Part shown: positions 9,741-18,521 of the stretch, piece after piece | Layout of the letters: each line of letters begins with the position of its first letter | Numbering within the stretch: position 1 is the stretch's first letter | Assembly (NCBI GenBank): GCA_963799675.1 | Contig: CAWCXQ010000007.1 | Coordinates: forward strand, 118,077 to 182,076 | Length of the DNA stretch: 64,000 nucleotides | Origin: an uncultured Chloroflexia bacterium | Lineage (GTDB): Bacteria > Chloroflexota > Limnocylindria > QHBO01 | Reading direction: 5' to 3' | The notes under the pieces: model-generated | Databases searched by the model: none | The model's input: only the letters and a program-made list of their open reading frames with translations | What the model was told of the DNA's origin: nothing | Position numbers and translations under genes: made by a program

Positions 9741-9941
9741 GTGGTCAAGCCTCCTCCCGGAGGTGGATCGTTCTCTGGTCGCGGAGCCCCAGTGTACCGA
9801 CCGGCGGGGGGAACGAACGGTCCACCTGCAGCGGCCGATCGGCAGTTGTCGTACGCGCGTGGCACGCTGCTATACTTTCCAGAGCGAACCCGAAGCCGTG
9901 CATGCGCAGCCCCTCCGCTGCGACAGGAGAACACGAACCCC

Positions 9942-10367
9942 ATGACGATGTCCGAACAGCCACGCGAACCGATCTCGCTGAACGGCGCGCTCATCTCGAG
10001 CGAGACCCTGGTCAGCGTGACCGAGGCCGCGGCGCGCAAGGTCGTCGAGCTGCGCTCACGCGAAGGCAAGGAAGAGGCACGCCTGCGGCTCTTCGTGAAG
10101 AGTGGCGGGTGCAGTGGCTTCAGCTATGGGCTGGCTTTCGATGACCGCGTCAACGAAGGCGACAAGGTCGAGGACCACGACGGCGTGCCGATCGTGATCG
10201 ACCAGTTCAGCCAGCAGTACGTCGACGGTGCGGAGATCGACTACGTCGACTCGCTCATGGGCTCCGGCTTCGCGATCAACAATCCCAACGCGGTCTCGAG
10301 CTGCGCCTGTGGCTCATCGTTCAATACCGATGGGTCGCCCGGAAAGGCCGGGGGCTGCGCGCACTGA
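9942..10367 (+). CDS. A-type Fe-S carrier (HesB/IscA/ErpA family)
   Basis: GGCSGFSY, GAEIDYVD, NPNAVSSCACGSSF. Confidence 0.93.
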   Translation: MTMSEQPREPISLNGALISSETLVSVTEAAARKVVELRSREGKEEARLRLFVKSGGCSGFSYGLAFDDRVNEGDKVEDHDGVPIVIDQFSQQYVDGAEIDYVDSLMGSGFAINNPNAVSSCACGSSFNTDGSPGKAGGCAH

Positions 10368-10386
10368 CCGCCCGACGCCACGACTG

Positions 10387-10413
10387 AGCCCCGGCCACAG
10401 GCCGGGGCTTTCT
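10387..10413 (+). terminator. Intrinsic terminator
   Basis: AGCCCCGGCC-ACA-GGCCGGGGCT perfect 10-bp stem with a short T run, 20 nt after the stop. Confidence 0.7.
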
Positions 10414-10461
10414 CATGCCTGGTTCACGGATGATCCTGCTATGTTGGATTAGCACGTATCG

Positions 10462-11187
10462 ATGGAGAAGCCGGGAGTGGCGATGAGCCAGGCGGAGCAG
10501 ATCCGGCGGACCTTCGCCATGGCCTGGGGCGAGATCGGTGCGGCCTGGGGCGTCGCGCCGTCCACGGCGGCGGTCCATGGCTACCTGCTGGCGCACGACG
10601 GCGCCATGACCGAGCCCGAGATCAGGAAGGCGCTGGGCTTGAGCCACCGGGCCGCCAGCCTGGCGCTCGGACAATGCGAGGACTGGGGCCTGGTCGAGCG
10701 TGAGGCGGTGAGTCGGCGGAGCGGTCAGCGCGGCCCGGCCGCCACCGCGTACGCCGCCCTTCGCGACCACTGGGAGTGGTTCCGGCGCGTCATCACGATC
10801 CGCAAGGAGCGGGAGACCGATCCGGTCATCCCGGTCATCGAGCGCTGTGTCCAGATGGCACGCGGGGCCTCGCACCACGGCGACGACGCCGAGCTGGCGC
10901 TCCTGACGACCAGGCTGGAAGACCTGCACGACTTCGTCCGTCGCTTCGACGCCGGCGTGGGAGCCATCGCGCAGGCAGATACCCGCGGGGTCGAGCACCT
11001 CTTCGCCGTGATCGTCGCGCTCGACGGCGAGACGATGGCTCGCCTCTGGGCATTGGCGGCGGACCTTGCCCCGAACGACCTGAGCCGATCGCTGGATGCC
11101 CTCTCCCGGCTCTCACCCAGCGCGATCCGGCGTCTCCTCAGCCTCGCCGAGCAACCCGCGCTGGGCAGGCTGCTGGGCGTGCGCTGA
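10462..11187 (+). CDS. GbsR/MarR-like winged-helix regulator with C-terminal helical extension
   Basis: WGEIGAAWG, HGYLL, LGLS...WGLVER, RKERETDP. Confidence 0.75.
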   Translation: MEKPGVAMSQAEQIRRTFAMAWGEIGAAWGVAPSTAAVHGYLLAHDGAMTEPEIRKALGLSHRAASLALGQCEDWGLVEREAVSRRSGQRGPAATAYAALRDHWEWFRRVITIRKERETDPVIPVIERCVQMARGASHHGDDAELALLTTRLEDLHDFVRRFDAGVGAIAQADTRGVEHLFAVIVALDGETMARLWALAADLAPNDLSRSLDALSRLSPSAIRRLLSLAEQPALGRLLGVR

Positions 11188-11194
11188 GCTGCGG

Positions 11195-12646
11195 CTACTC
11201 GCCTGACCCGTCGTCCTCGAAGACCGATGCGGCGGCGGTCACCGGCGCTCGCCGCTCGCCGCCAAGCGCGGCGGGCAGCGGCCGGGAGAGCGGCACGGGA
11301 TCGACGAAGCGGTCGACCAGCTCACGCGTTCCGGCCAGGCCCAGCCGATCGAAGAGGAGCCCCATCTTGGCCCGCAGGTGAGCCGCGACCTCCTCGGCGG
11401 CATCCGCGGGCAGCGTCCAGAGCTGACGCTTGAAGGGGCCGATCGCCTTCTTCCGCGACTTGTAGAGGAACTGCTCGTCGGTCTGTCCATCGGTGCGCTC
11501 ATCGGCGCAGTTGGCTCGCGTCCATTCCATCATCTCCCCGCGCAGCTCCGCAGGCAGCCCGCCGTCGTCGTAGAGGATGTTCTGGAAGCCGGTGGCCAGG
11601 TGGATTTCGGCCGTGCCGCTGGCCGGGAAATGATGGAAGGCGTCGTCCGGGAGGGTCGACGCGCCGTGCTGGACGCAGCCGGCGAGCCCGTACTCCTCCC
11701 GCGCGACCGTCGAGAGCCGGCGCAGCGCGTCGAAGTCGATCTTGACCTCGGCCATCGAGCCATCGGGGAGCGGAACCCCGCCATGGCTCGTGCCGGTCTG
11801 GATGCTCACCTTGCTGAGCCCCACCAGGTCAGGGCCGACGGCGGCCCGGTATTCGTCGAGATAGGCCCGCAGCTCCTCCTCGGTCGAGTTCGCCTTTCCC
11901 ACCTCGCCGATCTCGCCACCTACGGACGCGGTCACGCCGTCGGGCTCGAGGCGGCGGACGAGGCGGGTGAGCTCAACCGTGTTCTCGGAGTTGACACGCT
12001 GCTGATCGGCGACGGTTGGCAGTGAGAGGTCGACGAGGGTCGACGAATCGATGTCGATGTTCAGGAAGCCCGCCGCGATCGCTTCCCTCGTCAGGGCGCG
12101 AAGGCCCTCGAGCTCCTGGTCCGGGTCCGATCGCCAGCTCGTCGCATTGAACTGGAAGTGGTCTCCCTGCAGGAAGACGGGACCTCGCCAGCGCTCGCGA
12201 ATTGCGGCCCCGAGAATGGCGGTCGCGTACTCTGCCGGCCGCTGAGCGGTATATGCCATTTCGCTCTTGGCGATCTCGAAGATCAGCGCCCCCGCGTCGC
12301 GTTCGCGCGCCGCGATGAACGCCTGTCGAGCGGTCAGGTAGGCGGCCGCACGCACGTTGATCGCCGCTGTGGTGAAGCGCGTGGGCTCGAACTCGCCCCG
12401 GCCGCGCGCGCGGTACAGGGCATCGATGGAAGCAGACCCGCAGCCCAATGCCTGGCTCGCCGACCAGATCACCCAGCCACACGCCTCTCGAAGCGACGCG
12501 TCCTCGTTGAAGACTGCCTCGAACACGATCTCATCGACCAGCTCGTCGCGGAATCGAGGCTCGTCGAGAAGCTCGAGTCGGTCGCCGGCGATCCGCGCAA
12601 CGCCATCGAGGCGGGCGAGCAGGTCGTCAGCCGATCGGTAGCTCAT
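11195..12646 (-). CDS. Class II fructose-bisphosphate aldolase (long form)
   Basis: FLQGDH, IDIDSS, GGEIGEVG, GTSHGG, VQHGAS, IHLATGFQN. Confidence 0.88.
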   Translation of the reverse strand: MSYRSADDLLARLDGVARIAGDRLELLDEPRFRDELVDEIVFEAVFNEDASLREACGWVIWSASQALGCGSASIDALYRARGRGEFEPTRFTTAAINVRAAAYLTARQAFIAARERDAGALIFEIAKSEMAYTAQRPAEYATAILGAAIRERWRGPVFLQGDHFQFNATSWRSDPDQELEGLRALTREAIAAGFLNIDIDSSTLVDLSLPTVADQQRVNSENTVELTRLVRRLEPDGVTASVGGEIGEVGKANSTEEELRAYLDEYRAAVGPDLVGLSKVSIQTGTSHGGVPLPDGSMAEVKIDFDALRRLSTVAREEYGLAGCVQHGASTLPDDAFHHFPASGTAEIHLATGFQNILYDDGGLPAELRGEMMEWTRANCADERTDGQTDEQFLYKSRKKAIGPFKRQLWTLPADAAEEVAAHLRAKMGLLFDRLGLAGTRELVDRFVDPVPLSRPLPAALGGERRAPVTAAASVFEDDGSGE

Positions 12647-12685
12647 TGCCGTCCATGCTGCAGGGTCGAGACCACTCTAGCGCGG

Positions 12686-13035
12686 TCACCGCAGCGCGGA
12701 GGCGAGGGTGAAGGCCAGCAGCGGAGCCACCACGAGGCCGATCCCGGCCGCCAGGAGGTACCAGTCGCGCGCCGCACGCTCGTCGGCCACGCGGCGCAAC
12801 CGGAGACCCTCGACCCACCAGAGCACCGCCGAGAGCCCGATGGCGTAGAGCGCGGCAGCCAGCGCCACGACGCCGATGGCGAACGGCCGCACCACCGAGC
12901 AGTCGCCGAAGGCGATCGGTCCGCCGCCGGGGCAGGGAGCGCCGAGCTCCGCCGCGATCAGGCCCCCTGCCGAAGCAAGGACGACGGCGAGCCAGCCGAG
13001 GTGTGCGAGCAGCCGCCGGGACGTGGTTCGCGCGA
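12686..13035 (-). CDS. Hypothetical 3-TM membrane protein (start uncertain)
   Basis: Three hydrophobic helices and a C-x10-C loop in the 3' part of ORF 12686..13525; no clear start codon. Confidence 0.5.
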
Positions 13036-13041
13036 CTCCAG

Positions 13042-13623
13042 TCAGCGCGTCGAGTAGGCGGCCGACCGTGCGCTGGCCGCCTCGGCGTCCAGGAGCGTCA
13101 GGCGTCGGTATTCGAAGTAGAGGTAGACCAGCGTGGCCGCGCCCAGCGCCGCGGTCACCGCTCCGAGCGCCAGCGAGAGGAGCGGGAAGAGGGGCGGAAT
13201 GAACGAGCCGCCGGCCAGGTTGAAGGCGAGGAGCGGAATGATGATCAGGAGCACGAGCAGGAGCTGGAGGAAATCGAGCATCCGGATCAATGACCACGCG
13301 AAGCCCCGCCGGCCGCGGGCGGCCTGGCTCCAGATCACCAGAACGATGATCGCGGTGAAGTTTCCGCCGCCCACCAGCGCGGCGATGATGAAGCCGACAT
13401 CCGCGCTGAAGTGCAGGAACGGGATCACGGTGGTCGTGAGGTAGTACGCGTAGTTCGGGATGTACATCAGCAGGAAGTAGACGTACAGGAAGAACGGAAC
13501 GCCCTTCAGCACAGCGACCAGCCACGTTTCGCGGCCGTAGAGCAGCCAGTTCATGAAATCCTCGACGAAGGCCAGCCCGCGGCTGAGCCTGCCTCGGCGG
13601 CGCGGGACGGAGTAGCTGGTCAT
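13042..13623 (-). CDS. Hypothetical multi-TM membrane protein in Rieske/cyt b operon
   Basis: MTSYSVPRRRGRL...; about 4 hydrophobic helices; start overlaps the cytochrome c stop. Confidence 0.75.
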   Translation of the reverse strand: MTSYSVPRRRGRLSRGLAFVEDFMNWLLYGRETWLVAVLKGVPFFLYVYFLLMYIPNYAYYLTTTVIPFLHFSADVGFIIAALVGGGNFTAIIVLVIWSQAARGRRGFAWSLIRMLDFLQLLLVLLIIIPLLAFNLAGGSFIPPLFPLLSLALGAVTAALGAATLVYLYFEYRRLTLLDAEAASARSAAYSTR

Positions 13624-14455
13624 CGGTCGCCTACTTGTGCGTCGAGGAGGAAGGTGATCACGGCCTGCAGCTGCGCGTCGCTGAGGGCGTCCGGTCCGTA
13701 CGCCGGCATGCCGGTGGCGGTGCCGCCGTTGTAGTTCTTCCCCGAGTCGCGGATCCACTGCTCGAGGAACTTCGCGTGGATCCGCCTTGTAGTCGGCCTG
13801 CAGCTTGGCGAGCCCGCTGATGGGTGTCGGCAGGTCGGTGACCGGCGCGCTTCCGATCTTCTGCAGGTTGGGATAGGTCCCCTCCACCCCGGCCAGGTCC
13901 TGGCCATGGCAGCTGGCGCAGGCTGGGGCCGTCGTCAGGTTATGGAAGACGTCATCGCCCGCGGCCGCCGTGTTCGGGGGTGGCGTCCCCGCCGGGGCGC
14001 TGGCCGCAGCCTCCTTGGCCCAGCTCTCGACCAGGGCGGTCAGCGCGTCGATCTGCTGCACGTTGAGCGCGCCGCCAACCTCCGCGCTCCAGGCGGGCAT
14101 CGGCGACTTGACGTTCCCCGACACCACGACCCCGCCGAAGCGGATGACGAGGTTGACGTAGTGCGAGTTCGCGGTCAGCTTCGTGGCGATGCTGGGCGAG
14201 TGGAGGTTCGGCGCCTTGACCCCCGGTATCGCCCACCTCGCCGCCCTTCCCCTCCGGCCCGTGGCACTGCGCGCAGCCGGGGTTGGCCGGGTGCGCGGCA
14301 TCGGCCTTCGCGAAGAGCTCCTTGCCGTAGGCGATCAGGTCGGCCTTCTCGGCGTCGAGCCCCGCGGTGCGCCGCGGCGTGTCGGTCACCCAGTAGAAGA
14401 CGGTGAACAGGGCGAGCGCGGTGATCAGCACCACCCCGAGCGTCTTGAGCCGCAT
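13620..14455 (-). CDS. Membrane-anchored diheme cytochrome c (2 frameshifts)
   Basis: N-terminal TM; CAQCH with distal MPAW; CASCH with distal MPAY. Confidence 0.85.
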
Positions 14456-15080
14456 CTACAGGCCGGTGCAGTGCTGCATCTGGTCCTTCTGGCGCGGGTC
14501 GAAGGTGACCGTCCCGACCGGAGGGCCCGTGATCTTCTGGCGCGTGTCGACGGTGTAGATCCCGCCCTTGTCGACCTTGGTGTCGAACCGATCCATCCCG
14601 CGCGGGGCCGGCCCGTCGCGCTTCTCGCCCAGCACGGTGTACTTGCTGCCGTGGCAGAGGCACTCGAACCAGTGGCTCTTGTCGCAGAGCTGCGGAATCT
14701 GGCAGCCGAGGTGCGGGCACTTGCGGTACAGCGCCAGGACCTTGGCGCCCGGGATCCGGCACGGGGGTCTTCTTTCCGTCGACCAGGTTCTCCGCGGCCG
14801 GCACGTTGACGAGGAAGAGGTTGGCGGGGCCGTAGATATAGGGCTGGCCCGTCGCCCAGTCGGGCGCGAGGGCGTTGATGGCGGCTGCCGTGCCGATCGG
14901 GATCAGCCCGCCGAGCCCGGACGTCACGTTCGGCCATAGGAAGGCCCAGGTGCCCCCGAAGAATTCGAGCGTCAGGATCCCGATCCCGATGCCGAGCATG
15001 CGCCGCATGAACGTGCGGCGGCTGATCTCGCCGATCGGTGGCCCGGGCACCTCGCCATAGGCCGGCGGATGCTGCGTCAT
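14456..15080 (-). CDS. Rieske iron-sulfur subunit of Rieske/cyt b complex (1 frameshift)
   Basis: Tat motif SRRTFM and TM; manual translation after the shift gives CPHLGC, CLCHGSKY and GPAPRGMDRF. Confidence 0.9.
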
Positions 15081-15694
15081 AGCGTGAAGAAGATCCCCTG
15101 CCAGGGCCAGACCCAGTTCCAGCCGGGCCCGCGGAAGAACATGCCGATGAAGGTCACCAGCAGGCCGCCCACCATGAGGCTCAGGAAGAAGACCCACGCC
15201 AGCTTGCGGTCGCGTGCCGCCTTGTAGGGCGACCGGTCGATGTAGGCGATGAGCGCGATGCCGATGAAGTAGACGGGCGGCAGGAAGATCCCCACCACCG
15301 TGCCGTTGAAGTAGGAGAGGAGCTCCTGCAGGCCGAGGAAGTACCACGGCGCCTTGGCGACGTGCGGCGTGACGGACGGGTTGGCCATCTGCTCGAGCGG
15401 CGCGCGAATGAAGAAGGCGGTGACCACCAGCAGGGCGCTGATCAGCATCGCCATCACGAACTCGGGGCGCAGGAGATGAGGCCAGGTGAGGACCGTCTCG
15501 TCGGGCCGCTTGTCGACCCGCACCATCGATTCCTGCTTCACGTACGCGAGCAGCCGGAACCGCTCCGTGCCCGGCACGCCGGGAGGGCCCGGCAGCTTGG
15601 GGCCCTGGGTGACCGGAGCCAGCGGAGCCTCTGCGGGTGCCTGCGATGGCGCGTTCTTGTCCGCGGTGCGGTTCGGTCGCTTCTCGATCGTCAT
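15077..15694 (-). CDS. Cytochrome b C-terminal part (subunit IV/PetD-like)
   Basis: WPHLL, ANPSVTP, KAPWYFLGLQELL, YIDR, RGPGWNW. Confidence 0.88.
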   Translation of the reverse strand: MTIEKRPNRTADKNAPSQAPAEAPLAPVTQGPKLPGPPGVPGTERFRLLAYVKQESMVRVDKRPDETVLTWPHLLRPEFVMAMLISALLVVTAFFIRAPLEQMANPSVTPHVAKAPWYFLGLQELLSYFNGTVVGIFLPPVYFIGIALIAYIDRSPYKAARDRKLAWVFFLSLMVGGLLVTFIGMFFRGPGWNWVWPWQGIFFTL

Positions 15695-15707
15695 CGGCCC
15701 GCCTCCC

Positions 15708-16442
15708 TCACACCGGTCCTGAGATGCCGCCGTCCTTCCTGATGCGCCAGAAGTGCACCACCAGAAGGATAGCGGCGATCAGCGGAAACGCGATCACGTG
15801 CATCACGTAGAAGCGAATCAGGGTTCCCTGGCCGACCTCGATGCCGCCCAGCAGGAGGAAGCTCGACTCGCTGTTGATGAGGGGCGCGTAGGTGGCCATC
15901 TGGCTACCCACCGTGATGGCCCAGAACGCGATCTGGTCCCACGGCAGCAGATAGCCGGTGAAGCTCAGCCACAGGGTCGAGAAGAGCAGGAGGGTCCCGA
16001 TCACCCAGTTGAACTCGCGCGGCGGCTTGTAGGCGCCGTGGTAGAAGACGCGGATCATGTGCAGGAAGACGGTCAGGACCATCAGGTGCGCGGCCCAGCG
16101 GTGCATGTTGCGAACGAGCTCGCCGAACGCGACCGACGTCTCCATCTCCTGGATGTTCTGGTAGGCCAGCGCGACCGACGGGACGTAGAAGAACATCAGG
16201 TAGATGCCCGTCACCGTGAGCGCCAGGAAGAGGAAGAAGCTGATGCCGCCAAGGCAGAAGGTGTACGTGTAGCGGACCGCGTGGCGCTTGACCCGGACCG
16301 GGTGCAGGTGCAGGAACACGTTGTTCATCACCGCCAGCGCACGGGTGCGGCTGGTCGTCGGGTAGGGCTGGCGGAAGAGGCTGCGCCATGCTTCGGACTC
16401 CTTGACGACCCGCATCAGGTCGCCGGGACCGGGGATTCTCAT
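15708..16442 (-). CDS. Cytochrome b N-terminal part (b6/PetB-like)
   Basis: FCLGG, RNMHRWAAHLMV...HM, PREFNW, GYLLPWDQ, RFYVMH...HF. Confidence 0.93.
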   Translation of the reverse strand: MRIPGPGDLMRVVKESEAWRSLFRQPYPTTSRTRALAVMNNVFLHLHPVRVKRHAVRYTYTFCLGGISFFLFLALTVTGIYLMFFYVPSVALAYQNIQEMETSVAFGELVRNMHRWAAHLMVLTVFLHMIRVFYHGAYKPPREFNWVIGTLLLFSTLWLSFTGYLLPWDQIAFWAITVGSQMATYAPLINSESSFLLLGGIEVGQGTLIRFYVMHVIAFPLIAAILLVVHFWRIRKDGGISGPV

Positions 16443-18412
16443 CGCTCCACCGCCTGCCCGGCCTGCTGGCCGACCTGGCCGAGCACGTTGTCCTTGTAGC
16501 TCTCCAACAGTACCTTCCCGTCCGGCGTGAAGCGCTCGAGCTCCAGCCGATCCATCGTGATGCAGTTCGTCGGGCAACGCTCGACGCACAGGTTGCAGCG
16601 GATGCAGCGCTCCTCGTCGATGACCATCGCGATCCCGCGCGGCCACGACTGGAACAGGTCGACCTCCGGGTCATCGCCGCCGACCTGCGCCTTGTCGACC
16701 ATGTAGATCACGCCCTCGGGGCAGACGTCGGCGCACAGCCCGCACAAGATGCAACGTGGCCCGTCGATATTGATGTTGTGGTTGCACTGCAGGCAGCGAC
16801 TCCCCTCGGCGATGGCGCTCCGCGTGTCGTAGCCGACCTCGACCAGGCTGACGAAGTCGCGCCGCAGCTCCGGAGGCGCCATCGGGATGTGCTGCCGCCG
16901 AATCGCCTCGTACTTCTCCGGCATGTCGTGATCGAGCGCCTGGGTGATCGTCGCGCGATTGATGACGGGCAGCTCTTCGAGCTCAAGGCCGCGCAGCCCG
17001 GCGAGCCAGCGGTCGACCGATCGGGCGGCTCGCCGACCGAGCCCGGCAGCCTCGATGATGGTTGCCGGCCCCGTCATGAAGTCGCCCACCGCGAACACGC
17101 GCTCGGAGCTCGTGCCGAACGTATCCGCATTGACGGTCACCTTGCCGCGGTCGATCGCGAAGCGCAGGTCGTTCATCTTCCGGCCGCTGGCATCGGTCGG
17201 CGTGGTGCCGTTGAGCGGAGGCGTGCGCCACGAGGAGATCGAGCCGCCCTCGACCACGGCGCGGGTATCGGTCACGCCGATATGCCGGTTGAGCTTGGCG
17301 CCGTATTCGCCGAGCACGTTGTTGTCGGGCGCCTGGCTCGTGCACGGGATCACCATGTCGCAGGGGACGGTGAACTCGCTGCCCGGGATCGGCTCTGCGC
17401 TGCGCCGTCCCGAGGCGTCGGGTGGCCCGAGCTGGGTCCGCTGGAAGACCATCCCGCTGACCTTGCCGTCGGCACCGGCAAGCACCTCGACCGGAGACGA
17501 GAAGAATTCGAACTTCACGCCCTCGAAGCGTGTCTCGTGCTGCTCCTCCTCGTCGACCACCATCTCCTCCGGACCGCGGCGGTAGAGGATGGTCGAGCTC
17601 TTGGCACCCAGCCGCAGGGCCGTGCGGGACGAGTCCATGGCCGTGTAGCCGCCGCCCACCACGACGACGTGCTCGCCAACCCACTGCGGCTCGCCGAGAT
17701 TGGCGCGCTTCAGGAAGTCGACCCCGTAGATCACGCCGTCGAGCTCCTCACCGGGGACGTTCATGGCGACCGGGTACATGCAGCCGGCGGCCACCACCAC
17801 CGCGTCGTGCCGCTCTTCGAGCTGGTCGAGCGTCACGTCGCGCCCGATCTCGACGTTGTAGTGGAACTCCACTCCGTGCTTTGCGACCCAGTTCACGTCG
17901 AGCTCGATCACGTCGCGCGGCAGGCGGAAGGCCGGCACCCCGATCAGCGTCGTGCCGCCGCCCGACGGCAGGGCCTCGTAGACATGCACCTCGTGGCCGT
18001 AGGTCGCCAGCTCCTTCGCCACCGACAGGCCGGCCGGTCCCGCGCCGATCACGCCGACGCTCTTCCCGGTCGGCGGACCAACCTCCACCCGGTCGGGCAT
18101 GTTGTTGCCGTAGTGCCAGTCAACCAGGAACCGCTTCATGGCCCGGATGGCGAGCGGCTTGTCGATGTCGGCGCGGCGACAGGCTTTCTCGCACGGAGCG
18201 CTGCATACGTAGCCGCAGATCGCCGCCACCGGGTTCGGGTCACGGGCCAGGATGTAGCCCTCTTCGAAGCGGCCCTCGGCGGCAAGCATCAGGTAGCCGC
18301 GGCAGTTGGTGTTGACCGGACACCCTTCCTGGCACTCGATGTTGCACTGAAGCCAGTCCACGCCGACCTCGGCTGTCTGGAACCTCAGCGGAATCGCGCT
18401 ATCGGAGATCAC
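16439..18412 (-). CDS. GltD/NfnB/DsrL-like NAD(P)H:FAD oxidoreductase with C-terminal 2x[4Fe-4S] ferredoxin domain
   Basis: CQEGCP, CGYVCSAPCEKAC, GAGPAG, GGGYTAMD, YRR, RCLQC, CILCGLCADVCP, CIRCNLCVERCP. Confidence 0.9.
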   Translation of the reverse strand: MISDSAIPLRFQTAEVGVDWLQCNIECQEGCPVNTNCRGYLMLAAEGRFEEGYILARDPNPVAAICGYVCSAPCEKACRRADIDKPLAIRAMKRFLVDWHYGNNMPDRVEVGPPTGKSVGVIGAGPAGLSVAKELATYGHEVHVYEALPSGGGTTLIGVPAFRLPRDVIELDVNWVAKHGVEFHYNVEIGRDVTLDQLEERHDAVVVAAGCMYPVAMNVPGEELDGVIYGVDFLKRANLGEPQWVGEHVVVVGGGYTAMDSSRTALRLGAKSSTILYRRGPEEMVVDEEEQHETRFEGVKFEFFSSPVEVLAGADGKVSGMVFQRTQLGPPDASGRRSAEPIPGSEFTVPCDMVIPCTSQAPDNNVLGEYGAKLNRHIGVTDTRAVVEGGSISSWRTPPLNGTTPTDASGRKMNDLRFAIDRGKVTVNADTFGTSSERVFAVGDFMTGPATIIEAAGLGRRAARSVDRWLAGLRGLELEELPVINRATITQALDHDMPEKYEAIRRQHIPMAPPELRRDFVSLVEVGYDTRSAIAEGSRCLQCNHNINIDGPRCILCGLCADVCPEGVIYMVDKAQVGGDDPEVDLFQSWPRGIAMVIDEERCIRCNLCVERCPTNCITMDRLELERFTPDGKVLLESYKDNVLGQVGQQAGQAVER

Positions 18413-18479
18413 TGGCCTCGTCGTCGCTCTCTGGCGGGTTGCACGTTGAGCTGGCTGGACGGAAGGTGCGGCGCCCTCG

Positions 18480-18509
18480 ATGCTACCGTTCGCGCGCTCG
18501 TGGTGTCAA
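18480..18509 (-). promoter_or_regulatory. Putative sigma70 promoter of the flavoprotein-Rieske/cyt b operon
   Basis: TTGACA-N18-TAGCAT on the minus strand. Confidence 0.6.
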
Positions 18510-18521
18510 AGCGGCGACCGC

